A stretch of DNA of 64,000 bases from Mucilaginibacter sp. (GCF_039921305.1 NZ_JBDSCA010000061.1:11153-75152); one strand, 5' to 3'; counted from the first letter of the stretch, positions 40,575-51,271 are shown. The notes: a model not told the origin generated them from the letters alone. Program-made: numbers and translations.

Positions 40575-40707
40575 AAAGAAGAATCAAGAGGCAAGAGTCA
40601 GGAATCAAGACTTTTGAAAACACCCATATTTACCCATGTGCAAAGAAGAATCAAGAGGTGATAATCAGGAATCAAGCCTTTTGATAATACCCATATTTAC
40701 CCATGTG
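40575..40707. repeat. Tandem duplication, two ~66-bp units (period 67)
   Basis: AAAGAAGAATCAAGAGG..CAGGAATCAAG.CTTTTGA.AA.ACCCATATTTACCCATGTG at 40575-40640 and 40642-40707. Confidence 0.85.
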
Positions 40708-40714
40708 TTGTTAA

Positions 40715-41590
40715 TTAAAACTTCTCTTCTATACCCAGGCCGAAGAGGGCAAAATCGTACTTAACGGGGTCAATTGGATCGAAATCGCGGAGTTTTTGGG
40801 TGAGTTCGACGGCGGTTTGCCAATCGGTTTGTTTACGGGTAATGAGTTTGAGTTTACGGGCCACACGGTCTACATGTAAATCGCAGGGCATAATAAGATC
40901 GGCGGGTTTAATGTGATTCCAAATGCCGAAGTCTACTCCGTTATCATCTTTACGCACCATCCAGCGAAGAAACATATTCAGGCGTTTACAAGTTGATTTC
41001 TGCTCGGGCGAGGATACGTGTTTTTTGGTGCGGTGCGGAAAATCGGGCAGGGAGAAGAAGTAGCGGCGGAAATAGTTGAGCGACTGCTCAGCCCCCCAGC
41101 CCGCTAAAGGTGGAGCTAATTTGCTACCGGCTCTTGCCTTAGCTAATTCTATTATTTGTTCGCCCTTTAGGGGATTAGGGGGCATGAATGCGGCTTCGAG
41201 CGATTCGTGCCTTTCGTAATGGTAGCGGAAGAAGCTGATGAAATATAGGGTGTCGATATCGTTAAAGGTACGGTGTTTGAAATGGAGCAACTTTTTGAGG
41301 TCGATCTCTTGGTGGTTCATGATGAAATCGTGCGGTGCGCCATCCATCAAACTGATGAGTTGTTTACATTTATTGATGATGGTTACGCGTTGCCCCCAGG
41401 CTAAAGTTGCCGCCCAGAAGCCCATGATCTCGATGTCTTCCTTTTTGGTGAACAGGTGCGGGATGACGATAGGGTCGTTTTTGATGAAATCGGGGCGATT
41501 GTATTGGGCTACTTTGGCATCGAGAAAATGCTTCAGGGCCCCTTCCATCCCCTGAAGGGGAAACTCATAATCAAATTTGTTCTTAACCAT
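40715..41590 (-). CDS. TIGR02757 / DUF2400 family protein (HhH-GPD-like) containing REP-derived segments
   Basis: FIKNDPI.IPH, LAWGQR..II, FKHRTFN..D, STCKRLNMFLRWMVR..GVDFGIW, PCDLHV.RVAR, DPVKYDFALFGLG. Confidence 0.9.
   Translation of the reverse strand: MVKNKFDYEFPLQGMEGALKHFLDAKVAQYNRPDFIKNDPIVIPHLFTKKEDIEIMGFWAATLAWGQRVTIINKCKQLISLMDGAPHDFIMNHQEIDLKKLLHFKHRTFNDIDTLYFISFFRYHYERHESLEAAFMPPNPLKGEQIIELAKARAGSKLAPPLAGWGAEQSLNYFRRYFFSLPDFPHRTKKHVSSPEQKSTCKRLNMFLRWMVRKDDNGVDFGIWNHIKPADLIMPCDLHVDRVARKLKLITRKQTDWQTAVELTQKLRDFDPIDPVKYDFALFGLGIEEKF
41091..41182. repeat. REP-like doublet located inside the TIGR02757 coding sequence
   Basis: GCCCCCCAGCCCGCTAAAGGTGGAGC (41091-41116) facing GTTCGCCCTTTAGGGATTAGGGGGC (41158-41182). 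Confidence 0.75.
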
Positions 41591-41620
41591 AGTTTGTTCC
41601 CCCTTTAGGGGGTAGGGGGC
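41538..41620. repeat. REP-like doublet spanning the TIGR02757 start codon
   Basis: GCCCCTTCCATCCCCTGAAGGGGAAAC (41538-41564) and GTTCCCCCTTTAGGGGGTAGGGGGC (41596-41620). Confidence 0.72.
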
Positions 41621-41621
41621 T

Positions 41622-42767
41622 TTATCCTAAAGCTTGTTTCAGGTCCTCTAATAAATCTTCAATATCCTCCACTCCTACGCTTAGGCGTAAAAGACTATCA
41701 ACAACGCCGGCTTTTTCACGGAGTTCTTTCGGGATGGAGCCATGAGTCATGCTTACGGGGTGGTTGATCAATGATTCTACACCGCCTAATGATTCGGCAA
41801 GGGTAAATACTTTGAATGAGCCTGCAAGCTTGTAGGTATCTTCTAAGGTTGCACCCTTTACGGTGAAGGATATCATGCCACCAAAATCGCGCATTTGCTT
41901 TTTGGCGATATCGTGGTTAGGATGATCTTCGAAACCGGGCCAATAGAGTTTATCGATCTTGGGATGTGTTTTTAGGTATTGAGCTATTTGGCGACCGTTT
42001 TCGCAATGGGCTTTCATACGCAGGTGCAGGGTTTTAATACCTCGCAGCACTAAAAAGCTATCCTGCGGACCAGGGGTTGCGCCCGTTGCGTTGTAAATGA
42101 ACCAGAGCTTTTTGTAAAGTTCATCGTCGTTCAGCATCAACGCTCCCATTACCACATCGGAGTGACCGCCGAGGTATTTGGTTGCAGAGTGCATCACAAT
42201 ATCGGCACCCAGATCGATAGGGTTTTGCAGGAATGGTGAGGCAAAGGTGTTATCTACACAAAGCAGGATATTCTTTGCTTTCGCTATTTTGGCTACGGCC
42301 TCAATATCGATGATCTTCATCGTTGGATTGGTTGGTGTTTCTATCCAGATGAGTTTGGTTTTATCGTTAATGTAGGGTACAATATTTTCTGGTTTGGACA
42401 TATCCAGAAAATGGAACTTAATACCAAAGTTGGCAAATATTTTGGTGAACATGCGGTATGAACCGCCGTACAGATCGTCGCCGGTTATTACTTCGTCTCC
42501 GGGTAAAAGTAGTTTCATTACGGCATCGGTAGCGCCTAATCCGCTGGAAAAAGCGAGGCCGTGTTTGGCGTTTTCGAGCGCTGCCAAACAATCTTCCAAT
42601 GCCTTACGGGTTGGATTTGTACCACGCGAATACTCATACCCCTTATTATCGCCCGGCGTTTTTTGCCAATAGGTTGATGTTTGGTATATGGGCGTCATTA
42701 CGGCACCGGTTGTTGGGTCGGGCTCCTGCCCCGCGTGTATTGCTTTTGTTCCGAATTTCATGAGCAT
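41622..42767 (-). CDS. Cys/Met metabolism PLP enzyme (cystathionine gamma-synthase/lyase)
   Basis: [39 protein letters not shown] lysine [32 protein letters not shown]. Confidence 0.93.
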   Translation of the reverse strand: MLMKFGTKAIHAGQEPDPTTGAVMTPIYQTSTYWQKTPGDNKGYEYSRGTNPTRKALEDCLAALENAKHGLAFSSGLGATDAVMKLLLPGDEVITGDDLYGGSYRMFTKIFANFGIKFHFLDMSKPENIVPYINDKTKLIWIETPTNPTMKIIDIEAVAKIAKAKNILLCVDNTFASPFLQNPIDLGADIVMHSATKYLGGHSDVVMGALMLNDDELYKKLWFIYNATGATPGPQDSFLVLRGIKTLHLRMKAHCENGRQIAQYLKTHPKIDKLYWPGFEDHPNHDIAKKQMRDFGGMISFTVKGATLEDTYKLAGSFKVFTLAESLGGVESLINHPVSMTHGSIPKELREKAGVVDSLLRLSVGVEDIEDLLEDLKQALG

Positions 42768-42775
42768 GTAGTTGA

Positions 42776-42868
42776 GCCCCCCAGCCCCCTAAAGGGGGAG
42801 CAATTATAAACGACCGATTTCCTTTAGGGAAAGGAAACTCCTGTTCCCCCTTTAGGGGGTTAGGGGGC
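42776..42868. repeat. Intergenic REP-like doublet (93 bp)
   Basis: GCCCCCCAGCCCCCTAAAGGGGGAGC facing GTTCCCCCTTTAGGGGGTTAGGGGGC; touches the proS stop codon. Confidence 0.8.
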
Positions 42869-44340
42869 TAATACGCCCTCGCAAATAGCACACGTTGGGT
42901 ACTTGGTTTGCCGGTTAATATACACGTTCCGGCTTCCTGTTTATTGTCTAAGGGGATACAGCGGATTGTTGCTTTGGTTTCTTGTTTGATGCGTTCTTCG
43001 GTTTCTGGCGTACCATCCCAATGTGCTGAGATGAAGCCCGGAGTTTCGTCGAGGGTACGTTTGAAATCTTCGTAAGTATCTACTTCGCGTGTGTTTTCTG
43101 CACGGAACTTGAATGCTTTTTGGAAGATGTTATCCTGGATCTCAACCAGTAGGTTTTCGATCAAATCAGTTAAACCTTCTTGCTGAACGGTTTCTTTGGT
43201 TTTGGTATCGCGGCGAGCTAACTCTACAGTACCGTTAGCCAGGTCACGGCCACCGATGGCTACCCTTAACGGGATACCTTTTAGTTCGTATTCGGCAAAC
43301 TTAAAGCCTGGGCGTTGTGTATCGCGGTTGTCGTATTTAATGCGAATATTCTTTGATTTTAACTCTTTGGATAGCGTAGCTACATATTCGCTGATCTGTG
43401 CCAACTCTTCATCGCTGCGGAAGATAGGCACGATAACAACCTGTATTGGTGCCAGTTTTGGTGGCAAAACCAACCCTGAATCATCAGAATGGGCCATTAC
43501 CAAGGCGCCCATTAAGCGGGTTGATACCCCCCATGATGTTGCCCATACAAACTCTTGTTTGCCTTCTTTACTGGTGAACTTTACATCAAAAGCTTTGGCA
43601 AAGTTTTGACCTAAGAAGTGTGATGTACCGGCTTGCAGAGCTTTACCATCCTGCATTAAAGCCTCGATGCAATAGGTATCCAATGCTCCGGCGAAGCGTT
43701 CGTTGGCTGTTTTTTTACCACGAACTACTGGTAATGCTAACCAGTTTTCGGCAAAGTCGGCATATACGTGGAGCATTTGCTCGGTTTCGGCAATGGCTTC
43801 TTCTGGCGTGGCGTGGGCGGTGTGGCCCTCTTGCCACAAAAACTCCGTGGTGCGTAAAAACAGGCGTGTGCGCATTTCCCAGCGCACTACATTGGCCCAT
43901 TGGTTTATTAAAAGTGGCAGATCACGGTAGGATTGGATCCATCCTTTATAGGTATTCCAGATAATGGTTTCGGATGTTGGGCGAACGATCAGTTCTTCCT
44001 CTAATTTTGCAGTTTCATCCACAATAATATTGCCATTGCCATCGTTCTTTAGGCGGTAATGTGTTACAACCGCGCATTCCTTAGCAAAACCTTCTACGTG
44101 GCTTGCCTCTTTTGAGAAGAATGATTTTGGTATAAAGAGCGGAAAATACGCGTTACTATGCCCTGTATCTTTAAACATTTGATCTAATACGGCCTGCATC
44201 TTTTCCCAAATGGAATATCCATATGGTTTAATTACCATACATCCTTTAACGGCAGAATGTTCGGCCAGATCGGCTTTAACAACTAAATCATTAAACCATT
44301 GCGAGTAATCTTCGTCTTTACTAACGATCCCTTTGCTCAT
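42868..44340 (-). CDS. proS: Proline--tRNA ligase (eukaryote/archaeal type)
   Basis: [70 protein letters not shown], terminal FARAY. Confidence 0.97.
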   Translation of the reverse strand: MSKGIVSKDEDYSQWFNDLVVKADLAEHSAVKGCMVIKPYGYSIWEKMQAVLDQMFKDTGHSNAYFPLFIPKSFFSKEASHVEGFAKECAVVTHYRLKNDGNGNIIVDETAKLEEELIVRPTSETIIWNTYKGWIQSYRDLPLLINQWANVVRWEMRTRLFLRTTEFLWQEGHTAHATPEEAIAETEQMLHVYADFAENWLALPVVRGKKTANERFAGALDTYCIEALMQDGKALQAGTSHFLGQNFAKAFDVKFTSKEGKQEFVWATSWGVSTRLMGALVMAHSDDSGLVLPPKLAPIQVVIVPIFRSDEELAQISEYVATLSKELKSKNIRIKYDNRDTQRPGFKFAEYELKGIPLRVAIGGRDLANGTVELARRDTKTKETVQQEGLTDLIENLLVEIQDNIFQKAFKFRAENTREVDTYEDFKRTLDETPGFISAHWDGTPETEERIKQETKATIRCIPLDNKQEAGTCILTGKPSTQRVLFARAY

Positions 44341-44442
44341 ATATATTGTGGTATAAAATTTGACTATTCAATTATGTTATTATTGCCGCCAAATTTATAA
44401 ATTTATACTTTATTTAAACTTTTACTTTAACCAATTATAAAA

Positions 44443-45339
44443 ATGAAACGGAACATACTTAAGGGAATGATTCTAATCGGCGCTATAGCGTTGAGTTCCT
44501 GTTCTACTCAAAATAAGTTAGCATCGTCACAAGTACCTGATGATGATGTATATTACACCAAGGCTAAAGCCGGCGACCAGCCTGTTTATGCAGTCCAGCA
44601 AAATACGTATCGCAGCGATGATAATTATAACAATCGTTACAACAACCAGGACGATTATTACTATTATGATAGCTATTCGGCACGCTTAAATCGCTTTTAT
44701 AATTACTCGCCGTTCTTATCATCGTATTATGAAGACCTATACTACGGACAATACAGCCCATATTACAACGGATACAGCTTTGGCGTTGGATTAGGATTTG
44801 GCGGTTATGGTGGTGGTTATTTTGGCTACAGTCCTTATAGCTATTATGGATATAACTATGGGTACAACCCGTACTTTGGCTATAGCAATTATGGCTATTA
44901 CGGTAATACTATAGGTTATGGTTACTCACCTTACTGGGGAGCGGTATCTTATTATAATGTTGCACGCACATATAATAACCCAAGGCCTTACCGTGGATCG
45001 GGAATGCCTGCTAACTCTAACACTGCTGGTGTATCTTATGGTAACAGAGGTAGTGGTATATCTTATAACAATGGCAACAACAGCGGCGTTTACACACAGC
45101 GTGGTTCAAGGGGATCTGGTTCGGCAAGTGTAGCTACCAATAGTACAAACGGCAATAATGGTAGTAACAACAATAGTGGCGCAAGGCCGGTTCGTCAGGA
45201 TGCACAGCCACAGCAACAACGCCCGCAACCAACTTACCAACCACAGCCACAAACACAATCGCAGCCAGCTTCTTCATCTTCGGGTTCAAGTAGCTCAGGT
45301 TCATCATCATCAGGTGGTGGCAGGCCGGTTAGACCATAA
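44443..45339 (+). CDS. Tyr/Gly-rich lipoprotein of unknown function
   Basis: Lipobox LSSC, DDVYY motif, Tyr-rich middle, low-complexity Ser/Gln tail. Confidence 0.8.
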   Translation: MKRNILKGMILIGAIALSSCSTQNKLASSQVPDDDVYYTKAKAGDQPVYAVQQNTYRSDDNYNNRYNNQDDYYYYDSYSARLNRFYNYSPFLSSYYEDLYYGQYSPYYNGYSFGVGLGFGGYGGGYFGYSPYSYYGYNYGYNPYFGYSNYGYYGNTIGYGYSPYWGAVSYYNVARTYNNPRPYRGSGMPANSNTAGVSYGNRGSGISYNNGNNSGVYTQRGSRGSGSASVATNSTNGNNGSNNNSGARPVRQDAQPQQQRPQPTYQPQPQTQSQPASSSSGSSSSGSSSSGGGRPVRP

Positions 45340-45343
45340 TTAA

Positions 45344-46876
45344 TTGTACGCAGACAATCTATCTTACATGAAAACCAAACATATACTAACCGTAGTGGCT
45401 ATAGTAGCCATTACACAAACCTCTTACGCTCAATATTCGCAGGATGCTATCCGGTTTTCTACTTCCCAAACCGGATCAACGGCCAGAATAAAGGCTATTG
45501 GTAACGCTCAAACCGCTGTTGGCGGCGATATGAGTAACATTAGTGGTAACCCTGCTGGTTTAGGTTTTTTTACCAAATCGGAATTAAGCATTACTCCCGA
45601 GTTTAACAAGTTTGGTGCAAGTACTTATTACTTAGGGCAAGGTTCAGAATCAAATACAAGTAATTTAAATTTCAACAATGCCTCAGCGGTTTTATATTCC
45701 AGATTAAATACCCCATCGGGAGGTAATAAAGAACAAGGGTGGTTGAGTTTTAATGTTGGTGCATCATATAACCGCACTAATGATTTTTATCAAACCATTA
45801 ATTATAACGGTAATAATACGGCCAATTCTATTTCAAATTATTACGCAAACCTGGCTAATGGCCAAGGGGTAGATGTGAATAACCCATATACTTTGCAGGA
45901 TTGGGCTTATGTACATAACCTGATAGACCAGTACAGCAATGGCGGGCCTACTTATCAAAGTAACGTATTCCCTTACAATTCGGCAGCGGGTAGTAAAACT
46001 GTTAATCAAACCAACAGCATTACGCGCGAAGGCGGACAAACCGAATTCAGTATTTCGGGAGGAGCCAATTACAGTAACACATTTTACCTCGGTTTTGGCA
46101 TAGGTATAACCAGTTTGCGTTACAATTCTATTAATACTTTCACAGAAACAGGTACTGCTTCGGTGCTTAATTCAAGCAATGTGCCCACAAACTCTAATTA
46201 CGTATCATCATACTCACAAAACCAGGCCACTACAGGTTCGGGCTTTAATGCCCGTTTAGGTTTTATATACAAACCAGACCCGGCGGTACGTATTGGAGCT
46301 ACTTTAACTACACCAACCTGGTATACTATTGACGATGATTACTCTGAAGGATTAAATACTAATTACAAAACGGGTGTGATTGCCACTTATGCAAATGGCC
46401 CGGCAGATTATCCACTAACTTATAATTTTCATACCCCATTAAAAGTTAGCGGTGGTGTAGCTGTGTTTTTAGGCACCGTTGGCTTTATTACCGGCGATGT
46501 TGAATACCTTGACTACTCAAGCACCAGGTTAACCAATGCTGATGGCTATGATGCAAGTAATGATAACCATGACATTAAAAGCCTGTACCGCTCAACAGTT
46601 AACGCGCATGCTGGTGCCGAGGTCAAATTAGACCAACTTTACCTGCGTGGAGGATATGGCATCCAGGGTAACCCGCAACGTAACTATGGCAGCGATTTGA
46701 AAACCATTAGTGGTGGTTTGGGGTATAGGTTTATGAATTATTATATTGATGCAACCTATACCAATGTGCAAGGAACACAAAGTATATTCCCTTATACAAC
46801 CACTACTTTAAGTCCGCAGGCTGATGTGAGCAAAACATACGACAATGTTTTTGTGACGTTTGGTTTGAGATTCTAA
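45344..46876 (+). CDS. FadL/OmpP1-like outer-membrane transport protein
   Basis: Signal peptide, GSTARIKAIGNA..A.GGD.S....NPAGL, terminal GLRF. Confidence 0.82.
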   Translation: MYADNLSYMKTKHILTVVAIVAITQTSYAQYSQDAIRFSTSQTGSTARIKAIGNAQTAVGGDMSNISGNPAGLGFFTKSELSITPEFNKFGASTYYLGQGSESNTSNLNFNNASAVLYSRLNTPSGGNKEQGWLSFNVGASYNRTNDFYQTINYNGNNTANSISNYYANLANGQGVDVNNPYTLQDWAYVHNLIDQYSNGGPTYQSNVFPYNSAAGSKTVNQTNSITREGGQTEFSISGGANYSNTFYLGFGIGITSLRYNSINTFTETGTASVLNSSNVPTNSNYVSSYSQNQATTGSGFNARLGFIYKPDPAVRIGATLTTPTWYTIDDDYSEGLNTNYKTGVIATYANGPADYPLTYNFHTPLKVSGGVAVFLGTVGFITGDVEYLDYSSTRLTNADGYDASNDNHDIKSLYRSTVNAHAGAEVKLDQLYLRGGYGIQGNPQRNYGSDLKTISGGLGYRFMNYYIDATYTNVQGTQSIFPYTTTTLSPQADVSKTYDNVFVTFGLRF

Positions 46877-46906
46877 TAAGCCAAACAGATTATCCAACTT
46901 AAGTAT

Positions 46907-46945
46907 ATTAAAGAAGCCTGCTTGTTCAAAGCAGGCTTCTTTAAT
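46907..46945. terminator. Intrinsic terminator
   Basis: 17-bp stem ATTAAAGAAGCCTGCTT / AAGCAGGCTTCTTTAAT, 5-nt loop. Confidence 0.8.
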
Positions 46946-46964
46946 TAATGCGACTAGCCAATAC

Positions 46965-47726
46965 ATGATAATATTAAAGCCATCCATACAACAGCAATTT
47001 GCGGGGCAGATATGGCGAATGCTGATCGACCCGCAAAAGGAGTTGTTGTTTACTGAAACACGTGATGTAGAAAGCAGGCAAGTTTCCTTTTCGGGATTTG
47101 ATCTGAATAGTGGTAAAGTTACTTTTATTGATTTTATTCCGGATGAAAGCTGGCTAACCGGAATGGAAGGCTGCTTTGAAGGTGTTTTGTTTTTACATGG
47201 ATATGAATCGGCACAAAGCCCGGTACACAAAGGCATTACTGCTATAGACGGAGCCACAGGAAATATTTTATGGAAGAATTTCACCTACGCCATTCAACAT
47301 ATCAGCGCAAGCGGACCTATAGCCTACAATACCCAGATACAGCCGCCTAAATTATTTGTATTAAACGCTCAAACTGGTGCAGCTTTACGCGGTTTTGATG
47401 TATCTGTTGATATAGATCAGGATCAAAACATGAAGGTTCCACATCTTATAGACACGCTGGATGATAACTTTAAAGCACATATTGAGGGCGAGGTAGTTGG
47501 TAATATCCATTACATTGAGCACAATAGTTTTAGAATTGTATCTTTGCACGCCTTAGTTAAAACTAACCTTAGCCAAATTTTGCTGATAATGCAAGGTGAA
47601 GAATTGGTTTACGAGGATTTATTACTTGATGAGATACAAAAACTGCAACCCGAGGCGTTTATAATGCAACAAAACCGGTTGATCTACATCAAAAACAGAA
47701 TTGAACTAAAGGTTTTAAATTTATAA
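46965..47726 (+). CDS. Conserved hypothetical protein (DUF4905-like)
   Basis: ORF track; GQIWRM..D, WLTG, P.HKGI.A.D..TG..LW pattern; operon-like position. Confidence 0.65.
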   Translation: MIILKPSIQQQFAGQIWRMLIDPQKELLFTETRDVESRQVSFSGFDLNSGKVTFIDFIPDESWLTGMEGCFEGVLFLHGYESAQSPVHKGITAIDGATGNILWKNFTYAIQHISASGPIAYNTQIQPPKLFVLNAQTGAALRGFDVSVDIDQDQNMKVPHLIDTLDDNFKAHIEGEVVGNIHYIEHNSFRIVSLHALVKTNLSQILLIMQGEELVYEDLLLDEIQKLQPEAFIMQQNRLIYIKNRIELKVLNL

Positions 47727-47742
47727 ATGCGTTTAAAAAACA

Positions 47743-48762
47743 ATGATGAAATTTAAATTTTTATTAATAACCATCTTATTATCATCACTTTCTATTTCTT
47801 TATTTGCCAATGGCCTGATAGATTCTACAGGGGTTGAAAATCAGAATGGCAAAAAAGTTATCCTGCATAAAGTTGAACCTCACGAGAGCTTTTACTCCAT
47901 AGCCCGAAAATATAAAGTTGAACCAAAAGTGCTTATCGCTTTTAATAACAATGCACCAACGTTAAGTATCGGTCAGGTTATTAAAGTACCTACAGAGTTA
48001 GCTTTCGCGGAAATGCCTGCTCCCAAAAAAACCGGCATTGCCGCTCACAATGATTTTAGTATAAGAAGCTCTCCGGCTATGGAGCCCAAAGCTACGGTTC
48101 AAAACCCAACTGCAACTACGCCAATACCTACTTCAGAAACACAGGCATCTACCACCCAATACAAAGTTGCTGCCGGCGAAACGCTGTACGCGATATCAAA
48201 ACGCTTTAATACTACCGTTGCTGATATTACCAGTTTAAATAATTTAAAATCCACTAACCTTACTCCCGGTCAAATCATATTGGTTAGATCGGTGCCGCCA
48301 ACCACATCTGCGGTTAAACAAGTGGTAACTCCAACTGTGGTTGCTCCAAAGCAAGTTACTCAGCAAATCCCTGTACAGCAGCCTCCTATTCCTACTGCCA
48401 AACGTGATACAACATTGGTTGCAACATCAGACAGTATTGAGTTGAGCCATCGGAATGTTCCGGCTAACCGCTATGGCTTACAGGAAAAGAACGAGAAAGG
48501 TTTGGCTGTTTGGATGGATAACGATAACCTTGACCCTACCAAGAAATGGGTACTGCACAAAACCGCTCCAATTGGTACCGTAATTAAAATTACAAACCCG
48601 ATGACAAACCGTACAACTTTTGCAAAAGTTGTTGGTACATTTACTGATAATGAAAATACCAAAGATGCCCTGATGGTGATGACGAAAAGTGTTGCAGAAT
48701 CAATAGGCGCCATGGATAAACGTTTTCACGTAATTATAAGCTACGGAACTCCGAATGAATAA
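47743..48762 (+). CDS. LysM peptidoglycan-binding protein with C-terminal DPBB/RlpA-like domain
   Basis: Two LysM domains (HKVEPHESFYSIARKY; YKVAAGETLYAISKRF) and LHKTAPIGTVIKITNPMT..FAKVVG. Confidence 0.88.
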   Translation: MMKFKFLLITILLSSLSISLFANGLIDSTGVENQNGKKVILHKVEPHESFYSIARKYKVEPKVLIAFNNNAPTLSIGQVIKVPTELAFAEMPAPKKTGIAAHNDFSIRSSPAMEPKATVQNPTATTPIPTSETQASTTQYKVAAGETLYAISKRFNTTVADITSLNNLKSTNLTPGQIILVRSVPPTTSAVKQVVTPTVVAPKQVTQQIPVQQPPIPTAKRDTTLVATSDSIELSHRNVPANRYGLQEKNEKGLAVWMDNDNLDPTKKWVLHKTAPIGTVIKITNPMTNRTTFAKVVGTFTDNENTKDALMVMTKSVAESIGAMDKRFHVIISYGTPNE

Positions 48763-49390
48763 ACCTTTTATTATTGGTATTGCCGGCGGAAGCGGATCGG
48801 GCAAAACCTTTTTTTTGAAATGCTTTTTAGAACACTTTAAAGCCGACGAAGTGTGTTTAGTATCGCAGGATGATTACTACATCCCGGTAGCGGATAACAT
48901 GACTCCGTTAGAGAATAAACTTTACAATTTCGATTTGCCGCACACTATTGATAAAGCCCATTTTATGGCCGATATTGATAAACTGATGCACGGTGAAAGT
49001 TTCACTAAAAAGGAATACACCTTTGGCAACCCAAATGCCACACCTAAAATGCTTGAGATTAAACCTGCCCCTATTGTTATTGTAGAAGGTTTGTTTATTC
49101 TGCATTTTAAGGAAATAGCGGATGTATTGGATATGAAGATATTCATTGATGTAGAAGAAGACATAGCCCTGCAACGCCGCTTAAAACGCGACCTGCTGGA
49201 ACGCGGCTACTCACACGATGATGTGATGTACAAATGGGAAAATCATGTTGTACCGGCTTATAAAGAGTTTTTATTGCCTTATAAAAATGAATGCCATAAG
49301 ATCATCATTAACAATACCCAGGTTGCCGATGACATTATTGCGATAACGGATACCATTAGCGAAGAATTGAGGGAAAAATTGGAAATGTAA
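48755..49390 (+). CDS. udk: Uridine kinase family protein
   Basis: IGIAGGSGSGKT, SQDDYY, NFDLP, IVEGLF, RRLKRD..ERG. Confidence 0.85.
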   Translation: MNKPFIIGIAGGSGSGKTFFLKCFLEHFKADEVCLVSQDDYYIPVADNMTPLENKLYNFDLPHTIDKAHFMADIDKLMHGESFTKKEYTFGNPNATPKMLEIKPAPIVIVEGLFILHFKEIADVLDMKIFIDVEEDIALQRRLKRDLLERGYSHDDVMYKWENHVVPAYKEFLLPYKNECHKIIINNTQVADDIIAITDTISEELREKLEM

Positions 49391-49406
49391 TTACTACTCT
49401 CTATCA

Positions 49407-49500
49407 TGTCATTGCGACGTACGAAGCAATCGCGAACAATACAAGACCAATTGACATGGTCGCTTTTTTCCGTGCGATTGCTTCGTACCTCGCAATGGCA
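49407..49500. repeat. Palindromic REP/RPE-like element between convergent genes
   Basis: 27-bp arms TGTCATTGCGACGTACGAAGCAATCGC / GCGATTGCTTCGTACCTCGCAATGGCA, two mismatches. Confidence 0.85.
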
Positions 49501-49505
49501 AACTT

Positions 49506-50162
49506 TTAAATTACCATCTCGGGCACATCACCATCAATAATTAGTTTACCCGCTGTAGCCGCTATTATTTCTTCGATACTTACACCGGGCGCGCGCTCTA
49601 ATAGTTTGAAACCGCCTTCGGGCAAAACATCCAATACGGCCAATTCAGTTACTATTTTTTTAACACAACCTACACCAGTTAAGGGCAATGTACATTGGGG
49701 TAAGAGTTTAGATTCGCCTGCTTTATTTACGTGCTGCATAGCTACGATGATATTTTCGGCAGAAGCTACCAGATCCATCGCGCCACCCATACCCTTAACC
49801 ATTTTGCCGGGGATTTTCCAGTTGGCTATATCTCCGTTTTCCGAAACTTCCATAGCACCTAAAATAGTAAGGTTAACTTTTTTGGCCCGTATCATACCAA
49901 AACTCATAGCCGAATCAAATATGGCCGAGCCCGGCAGCATTGTAATAGTTTGCTTACCCGCGTTAATGGTATCTGCATCTTCTTCTCCTGCAAAAGGAAA
50001 TGGCCCCATACCTAACAAGCCGTTTTCGGATTGCAGCACTACATCCAGATCTTTCGGAATGTAATTGGCAACCAATGTTGGGATACCGATGCCCAGGTTT
50101 ACATAAAAGCCATCCTTTACTTCGCGGGCTATGCGTTTGGCAATATCGTTTTTATCGAGCAT
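49506..50162 (-). CDS. scoB: 3-oxoacid CoA-transferase subunit B (start reassigned to ATG 50162)
   Basis: MLDKNDIAKRIARE, YVNLGIGIPTLV, LQSENGLLG, GDIANW, VKGMGGAMDLV. Confidence 0.92.
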   Translation of the reverse strand: MLDKNDIAKRIAREVKDGFYVNLGIGIPTLVANYIPKDLDVVLQSENGLLGMGPFPFAGEEDADTINAGKQTITMLPGSAIFDSAMSFGMIRAKKVNLTILGAMEVSENGDIANWKIPGKMVKGMGGAMDLVASAENIIVAMQHVNKAGESKLLPQCTLPLTGVGCVKKIVTELAVLDVLPEGGFKLLERAPGVSIEEIIAATAGKLIIDGDVPEMVI

Positions 50163-50391
50163 GGGGTTATAGTTGGTAATACAAAGGTAGCAGAAAAGAA
50201 TCAAGAGGTAAGATTCAAGAATCAAGAATTTACAGTCTAAAAAATTACCCCACTTGCACATTCAACAATTGTTACTTATCTTTACAGCAAGCAATCGCTT
50301 TAATTCAAAACCAGGCTCGCGCCGGAGTATCTCAGCCTTCCCATTCCGGGAAATAAATACTAAGCGATCCTCAACAAACATTAAATTTTAT

Positions 50392-51141
50392 ATGGTACAA
50401 CCAACTTTTGATTATAACTCAACAAGGAGCAAATTGCTTTTGAGTGAGTATGGCCGTAATGTTCAAAACATGGTCAAATATATAGTTGCCCTCCCTACAA
50501 AGGAAGAACGCAACAAGTACGCCGCTGTGGTGATAGACCTGATGGGTTTTTTAAACCCGCACCTGCGTGATGTAGCTGATTTTAAACACAAACTGTGGGA
50601 TCACCTGCATATCATCTCTAACTTCCAGATCGATGTGGATTCACCCTATCCACCACCCGATCCTGAAAAGATACATGAGAAACCAGAACCTTTAAAGTAT
50701 CCGCACCAGCGTATCAAATACAAGCATTATGGCAAAACCATTGAGCTGATGATAAGCAAGGCTAAAAGCATACAAGAGCCGGATCGTCGTAACCATATGG
50801 TGCAGGCTATCGCTAACTTTATGAAAATGGCTTATGTGCAATGGAATAAAGATTCGGTTGCTGATGAAACCATTTTAAACCACTTATACGAACTATCTGG
50901 TGGTGAGTTAAAGCTTGATGAGAACGTTAACCTGGCTAAAGTTGAGTACCGTGCAAACACCCATACACAAAGCAAAGGTGGTACTGGTGGGCGTACTAAC
51001 AATACCCAAAACCGTGGTGGCGGAAGCAGCGGTGGTGGGCGTACTAACAACACCCAAAACAACAGGAACAATAACAACAACCAAAACCGTGGCCGCAGTA
51101 ATAATAGCGGTGGCAGCGGCGGCGGTGGACGCAAATATTAA
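50392..51141 (+). CDS. DUF4290 family protein (start reassigned to ATG 50392)
   Basis: FDYNSTR..L...EYGRNVQNMV, HKLWDHL, HYGK.IE.MI, MK..Y..WNKDSV; Asn/Gly-rich tail; precedes murA. Confidence 0.85.
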   Translation: MVQPTFDYNSTRSKLLLSEYGRNVQNMVKYIVALPTKEERNKYAAVVIDLMGFLNPHLRDVADFKHKLWDHLHIISNFQIDVDSPYPPPDPEKIHEKPEPLKYPHQRIKYKHYGKTIELMISKAKSIQEPDRRNHMVQAIANFMKMAYVQWNKDSVADETILNHLYELSGGELKLDENVNLAKVEYRANTHTQSKGGTGGRTNNTQNRGGGSSGGGRTNNTQNNRNNNNNQNRGRSNNSGGSGGGGRKY

Positions 51142-51271
51142 TTAGATATGAGTATTGAGATATCAGATGTGAGATAAAAGATTCATATCTGATATACAAA
51201 ATTTGGCTATCATTGTATAAACCAAAATCAATCTCAAATCTATTATCTAACATCTCATATCTAAACAAAAC

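Noticed and set aside
40575-40707. Possible mini CRISPR array
   Set aside because: Two near-identical units with no unique spacers and no cas genes; a plain tandem duplication.
50163-50391. Extended N-termini given by the ORF track for scoB and DUF4290
   Set aside because: They overlap each other and heptamer repeats; family-like sequence begins at ATG 50162 and ATG 50392.
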